A DNA stretch of 53,433 bases from Psammoneis japonica. Lineage: Eukaryota. Positions 36,620 to 47,499 of this stretch are shown here, piece by piece; position 1 is the stretch's first letter, and the number at the start of each line of letters is the position of its first letter. The notes beneath the pieces are model-generated. The model did no database searches, was not told where the DNA came from, and saw only the letters and a program-made list of their open reading frames with translations. A program made the position numbers and the translations under genes. Where the stretch lies: assembly GCA_008632985.1 (NCBI GenBank), contig QPGO01000330.1, forward strand, positions 1-53,433, written 5' to 3'.

Positions 36620-39440
36620 AGATCTCGTCCTGCTTCGCTCGCTGCGCGCCAAAAAAAAAACTGAAAACGTCGTCCATCCGTCGATCACCGCGATCGCATT
36701 GATGTTCGCATTGATGTTTGTCCTTCAACAGTCGGGAAGGACAATGACCAAGCAACAAGGAAAGAAGAAAAAGGAGCATCATCTCATCGAGGAGTCCAGT
36801 CTCCAGTCAGTTGCGTGTTGCTTTGTGCTTGAGATTGATTTGCCTCTTGAATTTGGATGATTCCCCACGCGGCACACCACCCCCATTTTTTAAAAATTCG
36901 ACCACATGTGAGCTGGTCCCAAGCGACACATGTCGTGATGACAAAGAGCAGTCTGTCACCTGACAGGCAAGAAGAGCCCCCCCAGTCATGGACATGGATG
37001 TCACATGCTTTCTGTGTGCACAGAGTTTTCAATGCAATCCAGTGCCAAACAATCGATCATGCTGCCCCCTCAACACTTGCTCTCTCACAACGGACACACC
37101 CCCCAGCAACCCTCTTCTTGGCGGCTGCTTGGACAGCTCTCCACATTGCAAACTTGCAGCATGCTGAACATCATGGAAGCATCTCTTCCATCCCATGCTG
37201 CAGTCACCCCCACCATGCCAGCACCACCCACCAACAAGTGCCGCTGGAGCAACAAAACACCACTGCCATCACAAACACACCTGGCGAGGCTGCAGAAAGT
37301 GATGCTGACCTGCTTTTGGCTGATCCAACTAAACCGTGCTGTTCTGCTGGCATCAGGAGTGCAGCAATTTTGCTCATTGCCACCACCTTGGGAATGACCC
37401 AGCAAACCAATGCAGTGGGACACCCTGGGCTGGCTTTCACAAAGACCCCATGAACCTGCCTGCAAACATCATGATTTTCTGTGGCGTGGGCACTGGCAAA
37501 GCAGCAGATGTGGTCCAGAAGGCCATCTTGGGGGGTCTTTGGCAGCAAGATCATCAAAAAACGTCTGCACACTGGCTCCTTGTTTGGGGTCTTTCTGGTG
37601 CAGCCCATGTGCAGAGAAAACATGTGCAGCCTGTCCAGTGTTTGCCAAAGCTCCAAGTGCAAATCCTGCACAGCAAGTTTCTTTGGCAATCTTGCCATGT
37701 TCCCCAATCTGCCTGGGTGGCCCTGCAACACACAGCTGGGTGTGCCATCTCCCAAAACCATGGGTGATCATCAAGCTTGGGCCACACAGCAGACTGCTCC
37801 TGTTGCAACCAGCAGCCTGCCCTCAATCAGGGCGCATTGTGCTGTGCCTTTTTCCTTCAGAAGCCACACAGCTGGGGCATCAAGCCCTCAAAAAAGCATC
37901 TCATCTCTCAGGTGGTCTGTGCTGACCCTTGTTGTGGGGGTGTCCATTTCATCAAGATCAACACCCCAGATGGGCCACACCACATTTGGGTGCAATTGCC
38001 AGACAAACCACAAAACTTGCAGTGTCCTTGTTTTCCCAGAGCACTGGCGCATTTGGCAAACACCCCCCCCCCCCCCCCCCCCGGTGATCAAATCACCTCC
38101 ATGACATTTTTGTGCTGTTGCAGAAGCTGTTGCCAGCACAACAAACTGCCACATTCTCAAATGATGCCACGAGCATTGGCACCCACTTGAGACTCAGGCC
38201 TCCACAAGACCTGCTTGTGAGCCACTGCACAAGTCCTGATCAATGCCACTGACATGCACCACAGTCAGCATGCCTGACCTGTGAAACCTGCAAACCACCT
38301 GTCCCTGCAAGAACATGAAATCCTCAGTTGCATGATGGCTGGGCAACAATCTTTCAAGTCCAAAAAAGAGGCCTCTCAAGTGACTCTGAGAGAGCATCTT
38401 GGAAAGTGAACCATGGGCTGCACAGCACACCACACTGACAAAAGGAAACAATGTTGCAAAAAAACAGATGCTTGCTGCTCCCACTGTCTGTGGCTCAGAA
38501 GTGGCAACAACTTGCCTGCACACATTGTTTGCAAAAGCTTGCTTGTTGTTCACTTCTGAAAGCAAGCTTTGCGTGCCACTGGCAGCACTGGGGGGTGTTT
38601 CTCAGGGCAATGACACTGAAGGCTGGGCTGTGTTTGTGGGGCTTCTCTTTGCATCCAACAGAAAAGCCACCAGTGCTGCTGTGTCATGTCCTTGTTGGGT
38701 TTTTGGCACATGCTCTCTTTTGCTCCTCCTTCCCACACACCAAAGAGGTCTCTTCATTTCTTTTCTTTTCACTTGTGCAGTCACAACAGCCACAATGATT
38801 TTTTTCACCAACTTGTTGGGTCAATTGCTTGAGAAATTTAGCAATGGTCATGACACCGAAAAATCTCTCGGTTTCGCGCTCGATTTTCGATCACAACTCC
38901 TCGTCGTCTCACACAATGTGTTGTTGTTTGCCAAGCCGGAAGCCGCAATCTCCAAGGATGGCTCGCCCTTCCTCTGGATTGAGAGCTTGCTCTTGTTTGG
39001 CATTCCACAACTCATTTTGCTTGATGGTGTGTTGTCTCTCTTTTTCGACTCGTCCTCTCGTGCGATGTGCTTGTTGTTCGCCAAGCCGGAATGCCACGAC
39101 ACCCAAGGATGGCTCGCCCTTCCTCTGGCTCCAATTGCCTGCTCTTGTTTGGTGTTCCACAAATCATTTTGCTTGATGGCATGTTGTCTCAAATGGCAGC
39201 GCAGGTGTTGCCAGTTAAGTCCGGAGGTCGGGGCAAATCGAACGCGTGTCTTTGGCCTGGAGTCCATGTCACTCCCGTGTCTTTGACCGCAGGAAGTTGC
39301 CTGTTCGCTTGACCCGTCAGGTCACGGCTGTTGAAACAGACAGCAGCGTTCGTCTGCGAAGCAGCAAAAGCTCGCCAAGCAGATCATGCCGTTGACGGAA
39401 CGCGGGGTTTGGGGTTCCGTCGCATCAGTGACGTGGCACG
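36620..39440. other. TpA-depleted hypermutated domain 4 (unidentified repeat/TE remnant)
   Basis: I count no TA from ~37332 to ~38838 and only a handful in the whole domain. Confidence 0.9.
38921..39190. repeat. Two diverged ~120 bp direct copies, 150 bp apart
   Basis: TTGTTGTT(T/C)GCCAAGCCGGAA...CCAAGGATGGCTCGCCCTTCCTCTGG...TCATTTTGCTTGATGG at 38921 and 39071. Confidence 0.85.
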
Positions 39441-41039
39441 GTAAGTCTTCACTCGCAGGGAGTGTTGATTTAGCACGCGGTTGACTCGCAAGTTTCTCTT
39501 GCTGTCTCCGTAGTACGTCCCCCCTTTTTTCTTTTTTTGGGATGGTTTTCCACCCTGAAAATAGGAAAAAGCTTGAGCTCCATCTTTTGATGGTGCTCTT
39601 GAGGCAATGTTATCCTACGCGACCGATTTCTATCAACTTTTGATGTTGGCGTGTTTCAAATATTCGAAACACACTCTGAACCTTTACAATAGAGAAGTAG
39701 AAAGACTAAAAGTACCAGATAGCAATCTATATTTGCGTGTAATTTATTCCGTGCGTATGTCACTGGACTACGATGGCGGTCGTACCGCTTGCGATATTGT
39801 TGCATACTTTGATGCCATCGTTTCTGTTTTCGTACCACACCGCTCTCTTTCTTTCAGATTTTTTCTCGCTAGTATGCTTTCCTTGCCTGGGGTCCACGAT
39901 GAGACATTCGTTTTACGTCCGCCGCGTCTGATTGTCCAGTTACTTTTCATGGAGAGCTCCGCAGAGAGCTCTAATACAAAACGATAGATTTTCGTACTGT
40001 ACAGTAGTTGATGCAGTTATGAGGCCTCCCCAATTCCACGCGTTGATGTCAAATAGTGATGATGGTTGATTCACCTTCGCATCAACAAATGACGCGACTC
40101 CCTGAGCCTTGGTGGTTACTTTGTTTGAAAGTAGATAGCGGTAGATAATCGAGAATGCGGCCCAATCGCACCATCCAATTTATGTAAAAGCGGTTCTGCG
40201 TTGCGAGCAGTCGACCCGGTGCATTCTCCAAGACACAGCAGTCACTTAAATCAATTTCAATAAGCACTCGCACTGTCACGGCCGCCACCCCAAGCCCATT
40301 CACCGTATTCGCCCTTCTCCTCGTGGATCTTTACGCAAAACAAAACAGATCGTTTTCCGAAATTAAAGGAATGAATGGCTCCATTGATGCCATGAAAAAA
40401 GCATCCACGGGCTGGACAGCCAGTAGCCGTGTTGTTGTAGGCATTTCCATAATAGTCCAGCAAATCCAGCGCACGTACGACGTCCACGTTAGCAACGGAG
40501 TGTCACGAGCAAAATCAACAAGATGCTTTGAATCCGAATCGACCACGAGTTCTTTTTGACTTTTTGGAATAGGACTTGTTATGCAGTCATTCCAAGTGTC
40601 GACGACATGTACTTGGCCAGAGGTAGGCTAAGAAAGCATATAGATAAATTTCGCGGAAATGCTCCCCGAAAAGTGAGTACCCGGACCTCGATTCAAGTAC
40701 CTGACATGGTACACAAACCGACACGAGTGGATTGGAAGCACTGTATGAACAAAAACAGGCAAAAATAGAATTGGAAGTATGCGTCAGAGCAAAGCATACA
40801 TTGCTGTATTAATCGAACGCTTTTTCTGAGAAGCTCAACAACCAATAACACTCAACGTACCATGAAAAGGTCCCCTTTTCAATTTCTTCGTCGGTAACAC
40901 AATATCAATCGATAAGCGACACAAACAACACGCCAATGCATCCTGTCGTCGACTGTGATCCGTGATGATCTCAATCCGGAGCTTTGTCATCGTCGTCATG
41001 CCGTGCTTGTGGCTCATAGACGCTACCACAGAAAAGAGA

Positions 41040-41669
41040 AAAGGGAAAGCCGGCAATACTGAGCTGTCGTTGACTACCAAGTGTCGATCGGCAATGCGAT
41101 GCAAGTCGAGGCCTTCAGGAACCCAGAGGCACCATGGGACTCCTATCGACATCGATAATAGTGGTCACTCCTTGATATGATAAATCGATCATAGGTTTTC
41201 GTCCATCCCAGCTGTTGAATTCGTTGCGAGATAAACCACCGAAAAGAAAAGATAATTGCACCACTCCAGTTTCGGGGATTGTACAATGGAAAAAGTGTGT
41301 TTCTCCGTCCTGCATCATAGATATTACAAGTTACAAGTTGGGGACTTGAACAGTTTCGTTGCACGCTTCAAAATGGATGCATTTTGGAGGGTACTTTTCC
41401 GGAGATTCCTTTGTAAAGAGTGCCAGATCTGCGGAGTATACGTCCTAGGATTTCTTGTTGAGACTCTCCCAGGCTAGTTCACCGCAAAGTAGATTCCCCA
41501 TCAACTCATCAAGATTCTCAAGATATTGAGGAGCTCGTGTCTCGTGTTGTTCCCTGTTTATTTTGCTGCTCGATGCACGGAAATGCCAAGCTCCCAAGAG
41601 CATCATGTAGAACCCTATCAATAGAGCTCCTTCTAATAGCAGAAGAGGATGAGTTCGTATCCTTGCCAA
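41040..41669 (-). pseudogene. Disrupted type II membrane, glycosyltransferase-like hypothetical gene
   Basis: An N-terminal hydrophobic segment, then fragments in different frames: GNLLCGELAWESL, SGAIIFSFRWFISQRIQQLG...YDRFIISRSDHYY and LWVPEG...DRHLVV. Confidence 0.4.
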
Positions 41670-41810
41670 TTTCGACGGCTGGCAACTGGCATGCCATCAT
41701 GGCTGGGAGTGACATATTTACTGTCTGTATGGAAAGATTAATGCCCTGGACGAGTGCGTTGATAAACCACAGGCATGTGAGCAACTGGTGGTACTCAGAG
41801 AAATGAAACT

Positions 41811-42497
41811 TCTTGATGTGCTCCACATGTCTTGAGGTGGATGCAAGAGGCTCGAAATCAACCAGCGAAACAAAAAAGTGCACAAGGTCTTGAAGCATAT
41901 CTTTAGGTACGTCTTGAGGTGACTTTTGAGGTACGTTGTTAGAGTTTCCGTCTAAACTCATCCAGCGCATACCGCAACCTTAATGCAGTACAGAGAGGAC
42001 AGTCATGCACCACTTGACAAGAAATGAGACGAAAGCGCTCCTTCCTGTCACTTGCATGACGAAAGATTCAGAGAACTACATTTTCTCGAGTGCTTATTGA
42101 GATATGTCTGTCTTGTACCATGACCGAACATAAGAGGTCATACCACATACCAGTGCATCATCGTCAACAAACGAAATGAATGGTGGTGATTCTTGAGGTA
42201 CAATGTGCTTTGTTCCGTGATGGTGTCTTGAGGTGCTGTATTTCTTGAGGCGCTGTACTGTATGTCTTAAGTTTGCAAAACTCGTTGACACCTCGTCACT
42301 GCAAAGCATACGGTCTTCTGACGACAACCCTAGATTGTTAAGGTACAAGTCGTTCCCGACAACGACCCAAAATTATTCAGGTCGTGTCTCAAACCTCCTT
42401 TGTAGATTAGAAGGCAACAAGAAACAAAAATTAAAGAAAACATGGTGGTATCTCTTGATGTACTGTGTGTCTTGAGGTACCGTGTGACTTGAGGTAC
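41811..42497. repeat. Clustered degenerate 11-mer TCTTGAGGTAC (~12 copies in three clusters)
   Basis: Copies at 41811, 41830, 41888, 41900, 41912, 41924, 42191, 42226, 42243, 42453, 42470 and 42487. Confidence 0.75.
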
Positions 42498-42902
42498 TGT
42501 ATTGGACACGAGAAAATCTGAATTGAAACAAGTAGAACAGAAAAGGCAGTGGAGAGTTTTAAATTGTGAGCACTTGTCGAGACAGAGCAAATGGGTGTGT
42601 ATCACGCATACAAATACAGACAATCTTATGAGTAACTTACCTTGTATAAGGAATCGACGGCGGTGATACGCGACTCAGTTTCATTGTGAATGTGTGAAAA
42701 ATATTGTGCGTACAGTATCCAGAGAGATAAAAGAGCAACAATCCCTGCGACGACCTGAAAAACCCAAATTGTCAACTTGCCGATTCCGGATTCCAGGTTT
42801 GGTGACGTCAGTCTCTTGCCACAAAACCCAACAACCAACAACGCCTTCGTTGCTCTCATCTCGCCGCACTCGCCAACCAAACATACCATGCGTAGCCACC
42901 CC

Positions 42903-43644
42903 ATGATGGGCGACGACCGCAACATGTTTCACAATAACGATACCAAAGGTTGTTCAAGTAATGAAGAGTCTCTAGCAAGTGCATTGAAATCTCTAAGTGT
43001 GAGCTTGAAAGAGAATCAAGAGACGACTCGGGAGTCTCTTGTTCAGCTTAATGACTCTATTGAAAAGCTCGTCGAAGCACAGATTAGGGAGCACGGACAG
43101 GGCGAAGAAAACTTGGGAATTGACCGCACCACTGTCCGTCTCGATGGAATTGAAGTTTATGCAGTCGTATCAGCATTGACGATTGCCACGTCTATTGCAT
43201 GCTTCGACGTCTTTACCCACCGTGACTTTGAAGAGCTCTGGCGGACAGGTTCATACGTGGAGCTTTTTGGTATTATTGTCTTTCTTGTTGCCGGCACAAT
43301 AGGAACCGTGTCAGGAATTCACTCGACTCTCTTGTTTTCACTCATGACAATGTACGGAAGAACAGCAGTAGGTCTCGGTAACGATGAGGCTTTTGCTCAG
43401 TTCTTCAAGAGCACAGCAGAAGAGCGATACCGCGCTTCAGACATTTCTCTTCTCCATGTACTCGTTCCTTGTGCAGGTTGTTATCATGGTCACATCCAAG
43501 TGTCCAGACCGAATAAGAGTCATGGCATTCGTCATTACGCTCATTTCGATTCTCGGGGTGTACAGTGATACGCGACGAATTGTGGAAAAGGCTGGGATCA
43601 TCTTCGTGCCACCGCAGAATTCAAACAGCAAGAAATCGAACTGA
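42903..43644 (+). CDS. Multi-pass membrane hypothetical protein with N-terminal coiled coil; apparent frameshift near 43436
   Basis: Hydrophobic helices VYAVVSALTIATSIA, IIVFLVAGTIGTVSGIHSTLLFSLMTMYGRTAVG, continuing in another frame as TFLFSMYSFLVQVVIMV. The start codon is uncertain. Confidence 0.65.
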
Positions 43645-43878
43645 AAAAGCTAGCGACTCACAGCGGATGAGTCATCTGGTGTTCCAAGTTGCGATATCGA
43701 TGCAAAAAATCGCAGCTGACACTATTATAGCACAGTCCTCTAGAGGTAATCAACAATACAGTCCGAGGTATTGCGGGTTGCGGGATGAGCGAATCACAAG
43801 TTATGGACCAACTTGGAACTCACGTTCCTTCATTAGCTTAATTTAAAGGCTAAAATATGTATATAGCATCGAGCTGTC

Positions 43879-44620
43879 TCACTCCTCCAGGTGCGCTTTG
43901 GGTTTGAGCGTCTTGAGTTCATCGAGTGTAGCCTTCAGCGCGGCTTCCTTCGTTTCTAAATCCTTCAGGGTACTTTGTGCTTCTTGTTCTTCTTCCCTCG
44001 CGTGCTGTTCCACCTCTTTGGCCTGCTGGAGTCGAGACTCAACATAATTCTCAATGTTGTGAGAAAGGTCAGCCACAGCCATTTCACGGCGCTTCTCCAA
44101 GTCTTCGGGAATTTGAACCTGCTTGTAGTTGTCCAATATCTGATCCGCATCTTCTGCATCATGATGTGCCTCCATCTCGATATCTTCAAGAGCCGCCTCT
44201 TGCTTCATAGTTTTTTCGAGGAGTTCATGAGCAGACGCTGCATGCTCCTTTTCGATCACTTCTTTGGTGTGAGTAAACTCAATCGCAGTCTCGAGCATCT
44301 CCTCGGCCAACTCATAGGCTGCGTTCTGCAAAATCCAAAACCCAGTAAAGGCATGTGAGTGATTTCAGTGGGTCAACACCTTAAACTCGAAAGTGGGAAT
44401 AGTTAATGCAACTTACTTCGTCGGGAGAGCGCTCGATTTCCTTTTCTTTCTTCTGGAGGTCGGCCCATGCCTTGGACATGTCCTTCAGATGCTCTTCAGC
44501 TTCGCTGGCAGCAAGCAGGGTGCTTCCTATGCTGGAGCGGCATTGATGAGTTGGGCTGACAAACGCAGCCGATTGCACCAAAGCCGGAGTCATCGCGAGA
44601 AGCAAGTAGACACAAATCAT
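43879..44620 (-). CDS. Acidic coiled-coil protein with signal/plastid-type targeting peptide; exons 44620-44417 and 44325-43879
   Basis: Signal-like MICVYLLLAMTPALVQSAAFVSP. A GTAAGT...TTGCAG intron (44416-44326) joins PDE|NAAYEL in frame. Confidence 0.8.
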
Positions 44621-45303
44621 GGTTGTATGGTTGTTTATGGGGATGGGAAATACAGTAATGTAATAACAGCTGCAACGAACATTGTGTTGGTGTCACCTTC
44701 CTCTTGACTCTTGAGAGAAAGATCTGATCGTGTTGATGTGATTTGGGATCACACGTCACCAGGGTTCTCATTTTTTTTTGTCCGTCCAGCAATCAGTGCA
44801 CAGTCGACGGACGGATCGACGGCCTAGCTAGGTAGCTCTAGAGAGAGAGTAGAGAGTCGAGTAGGGCCCTAGATACCGGTAGAGCGAGATAGCATTCGCA
44901 TAGCCTTTATTGCTGGTAGAGCTGCACTCGTACTGTAGGGGTAAAGAGTCTGAGCAAGCTAGGACCCTATCAGAGGCAGATTCAATAGTATGATACAGTG
45001 TCCAAGGTTGGATGTGAGATGTGAACCTGCCTCTCACTTGATAAAGCCAGCACGAAAAGCCAGATGCTTTAGGGCGATTGACAGCCTGGGATGCAATCAC
45101 ATAAGCGAACTCACACACCAACTACGTCATACAGGGCTACTTCTAGCACAGGGAAGGCGTACTCATACCCGAATAGGACTCAATAGCACCCTTCTCTTGC
45201 AGATTTGCCATTATATCACAAAATGCGGATCTCAATTTTATAAACCCCACAAGCGAGACAATTCTTCGCGGGGTAGATAAAACGCTACACAGCCCTGCTC
45301 TAT

Positions 45304-46242
45304 TCAATCCCCAGCTTTGCGTTTACGAGTTGTTCTTCTAGCAGGTGGTGTGAGGCCTGGTGGTTTGGAGTCACTGGGTACCGGTATGGCGTCTCCTTTC
45401 ACATTCTTTCCCCCGCCGGTATCGCTTTCGGTGGCAGGTGTTACTCTTTCCGTATCTGTCGGTAGCGACTTCTCGTTAGATTCCTTACTTTTCTGTTGAA
45501 GACCTTCTTCCTTTTTTGGTTCTGTCTCTGTACTTTCTATAGCTGCAACCACCTCATCGGAAACCGGGGTGGATGTCGGAGCGTCAGATATGACTGCAGA
45601 ACTTGCAGCATCACTTGGAAGTGGAGGCCTACCCGTATCGGTCTGAGGCAGAGGCAAAGGCACCGTTGTTGACAAGATTCCCTTGCTTGTGCAACGGCTT
45701 GACAACGACTGAAGCAGTGGTTTCGTCTTGATTGCACTGGTGCAGCTCGAAGAGAACCATCGGTTATCAACAGGAATACGACGATGATGATTGGTCACGC
45801 CTGGCATTCCACTATTGTGTGATCCCGTGTCCTTTGCATCGACAAAGGCATCCCAGCCCCGAAACAAATTCCCGTGATGATTCGTTTCTTCGTAATACAA
45901 TTCTTCTCCTTTAGTCAATTGCCGCTGAATGTCCATGATTGCAGAAGAAGCCTGATTCAACCGCTCCTCCAACTCAACCGCCGTGAAGACCACATCTTTT
46001 TCATCATTCCTAGGAGGCACCAGCTGCATCTTCTCATTGTGAGCACTTGCCGCTGCTGTTGTTCCCGTTTCCGGTAGTTGCTGCTTCAACTTGTCACGCA
46101 ACAGCAGCGGTAGCACCGCACCTGATGGACGATCCAAGCGATCCTTTCTGCTGCGCATGACTGGTGAAAAATCTATGGTATCACCGTCGCCGCTCTTTTT
46201 GGCTGTTGCTGCTGCTTCTAACGTACCTAATGTCGGTCTCAA
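45304..46242 (-). CDS. EAF6: Eaf6/MEAF6-domain protein (NuA4 histone acetyltransferase subunit-like); start uncertain
   Basis: IQRQLTKGEELYYEETNHHGNLFRGWDAFVD...RRIPVDNRWFSSS matches the Eaf6 core (E..Y.EET...GNII.GWD...R.FS.SS). Basic C-terminal tail. Confidence 0.75.
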   Translation of the reverse strand: MRPTLGTLEAAATAKKSGDGDTIDFSPVMRSRKDRLDRPSGAVLPLLLRDKLKQQLPETGTTAAASAHNEKMQLVPPRNDEKDVVFTAVELEERLNQASSAIMDIQRQLTKGEELYYEETNHHGNLFRGWDAFVDAKDTGSHNSGMPGVTNHHRRIPVDNRWFSSSCTSAIKTKPLLQSLSSRCTSKGILSTTVPLPLPQTDTGRPPLPSDAASSAVISDAPTSTPVSDEVVAAIESTETEPKKEEGLQQKSKESNEKSLPTDTERVTPATESDTGGGKNVKGDAIPVPSDSKPPGLTPPARRTTRKRKAGD

Positions 46243-46708
46243 TGCTCAATCGTAAACATAATAATAAGGTGTCTTCGTTGTGGCGCTGCGCAGTTTTGGA
46301 AGATGACAGAGAAAAAAATGAGCATCATGAAAATATATTCGTTCACTGATATAATACAATAATTCATTCTTCGATGCCAAGCCGACCCTGGTTCTGTTCC
46401 TACCGAAGCAATCCAATGCAATGACGGTAATCATAGATATGAACACGTGAATTTTAGCAGTTTTGTGTAACTATTTACTTCTCCAGGTTTGACGCTGCTC
46501 ACAAAGTCTGGAACAGCATAGCTATTTTTTGTTTTCCAAGCTGATTCTGTCTTTTTAAAGCTACAGTATGTGATAAGTATAGTGCCGGTAGATCCATATC
46601 ACAGGCAAAATTAATGTGACTGACTCCCTTGAGAGTGCACTAGACTACTTCGTTTTCTAGACAGTAGTTGACACGTTTGATCCTCCGGAGCGCTGCACAG
46701 TCTAGACT

Positions 46709-47374
46709 CTAGACACGATTCTTGTACGAGACCCAGCAATTGCCGCACTCTGACGCACATCCATCATCGATGCAATTGTATGTACATGCTAGTACCGATG
46801 GATCTTTCAGCAACAAATCACGGAACTTGTCAGGACTTGAATATTCCTCTGGTGCGGCTTTCAGCGCTTCATGGTAGGTCTTTTCGGGGTTCAGAAGATA
46901 AGCTTCAGGGTTGTCGGCAATAGAATCCTTTACTTGTTCATTGGTCAGAGCCAACGGTCCGTTTTTCAGCCATTCTAAGGCTTGCTGCACGGCTTTGCTA
47001 TCAGGAGCGATTGTTTTGATGAACTTCTTCGCGATCTTTGACTTGCAGATGGCCAAGCTCTTCCACTTCCATGTTTCAGCTAAGCATGCCTCAGCTGCAT
47101 CCAATTCAAGACCAAGCGATTCCGAAAGCAAAGCAGCTGACTCTTTCCATTCCTTCTCAAAACCAGCGTCTTGAACAGCGCCTCGTACATCAACAAGGTA
47201 GTCGATTTGAGAAGAAAACAGACGAGATTGTTGGAAGTCGTGAATTGAATTTGGAGGCAGTGGTGGGATGTGCTGTCTAAATGTGAATGACGTGCCCAGC
47301 GCCAACAAGACAAGTTGCAGCACTAATGGAAAGCAACACCGTCTCAACAAGGGGAAACTCAACCCTGTCGCCAT
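46709..47374 (-). CDS. Hypothetical protein with signal peptide and C-terminal Cys cluster
   Basis: Intact 221 aa ORF with normal composition, a hydrophobic N-terminus and the ending CTYNCIDDGCASECGNCWV. Confidence 0.75.
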   Translation of the reverse strand: MATGLSFPLLRRCCFPLVLQLVLLALGTSFTFRQHIPPLPPNSIHDFQQSRLFSSQIDYLVDVRGAVQDAGFEKEWKESAALLSESLGLELDAAEACLAETWKWKSLAICKSKIAKKFIKTIAPDSKAVQQALEWLKNGPLALTNEQVKDSIADNPEAYLLNPEKTYHEALKAAPEEYSSPDKFRDLLLKDPSVLACTYNCIDDGCASECGNCWVSYKNRV

Positions 47375-47499
47375 GTCGCTGCTGTTTTCGCTGCACGTCG
47401 TTCACTTCCTTAAGAACGCTCGCCGCTCGCCGCTCGCCATCGCATGTACAGCATGAATAATGACGACGACTCGGCCTCCGCTTTATTCGGGTAATGAGC

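Noticed and set aside
38063..38082. 20-nt poly-C tract as a functional G-quadruplex
   Set aside because: It is an isolated homopolymer of unreliable length with no supporting context.
44820..45000. TAG/AGAG-rich stretch (similar one at 50350-50410) as an element end
   Set aside because: I found no terminal inverted repeat or TSD; it is plausibly low-complexity promoter-proximal sequence.
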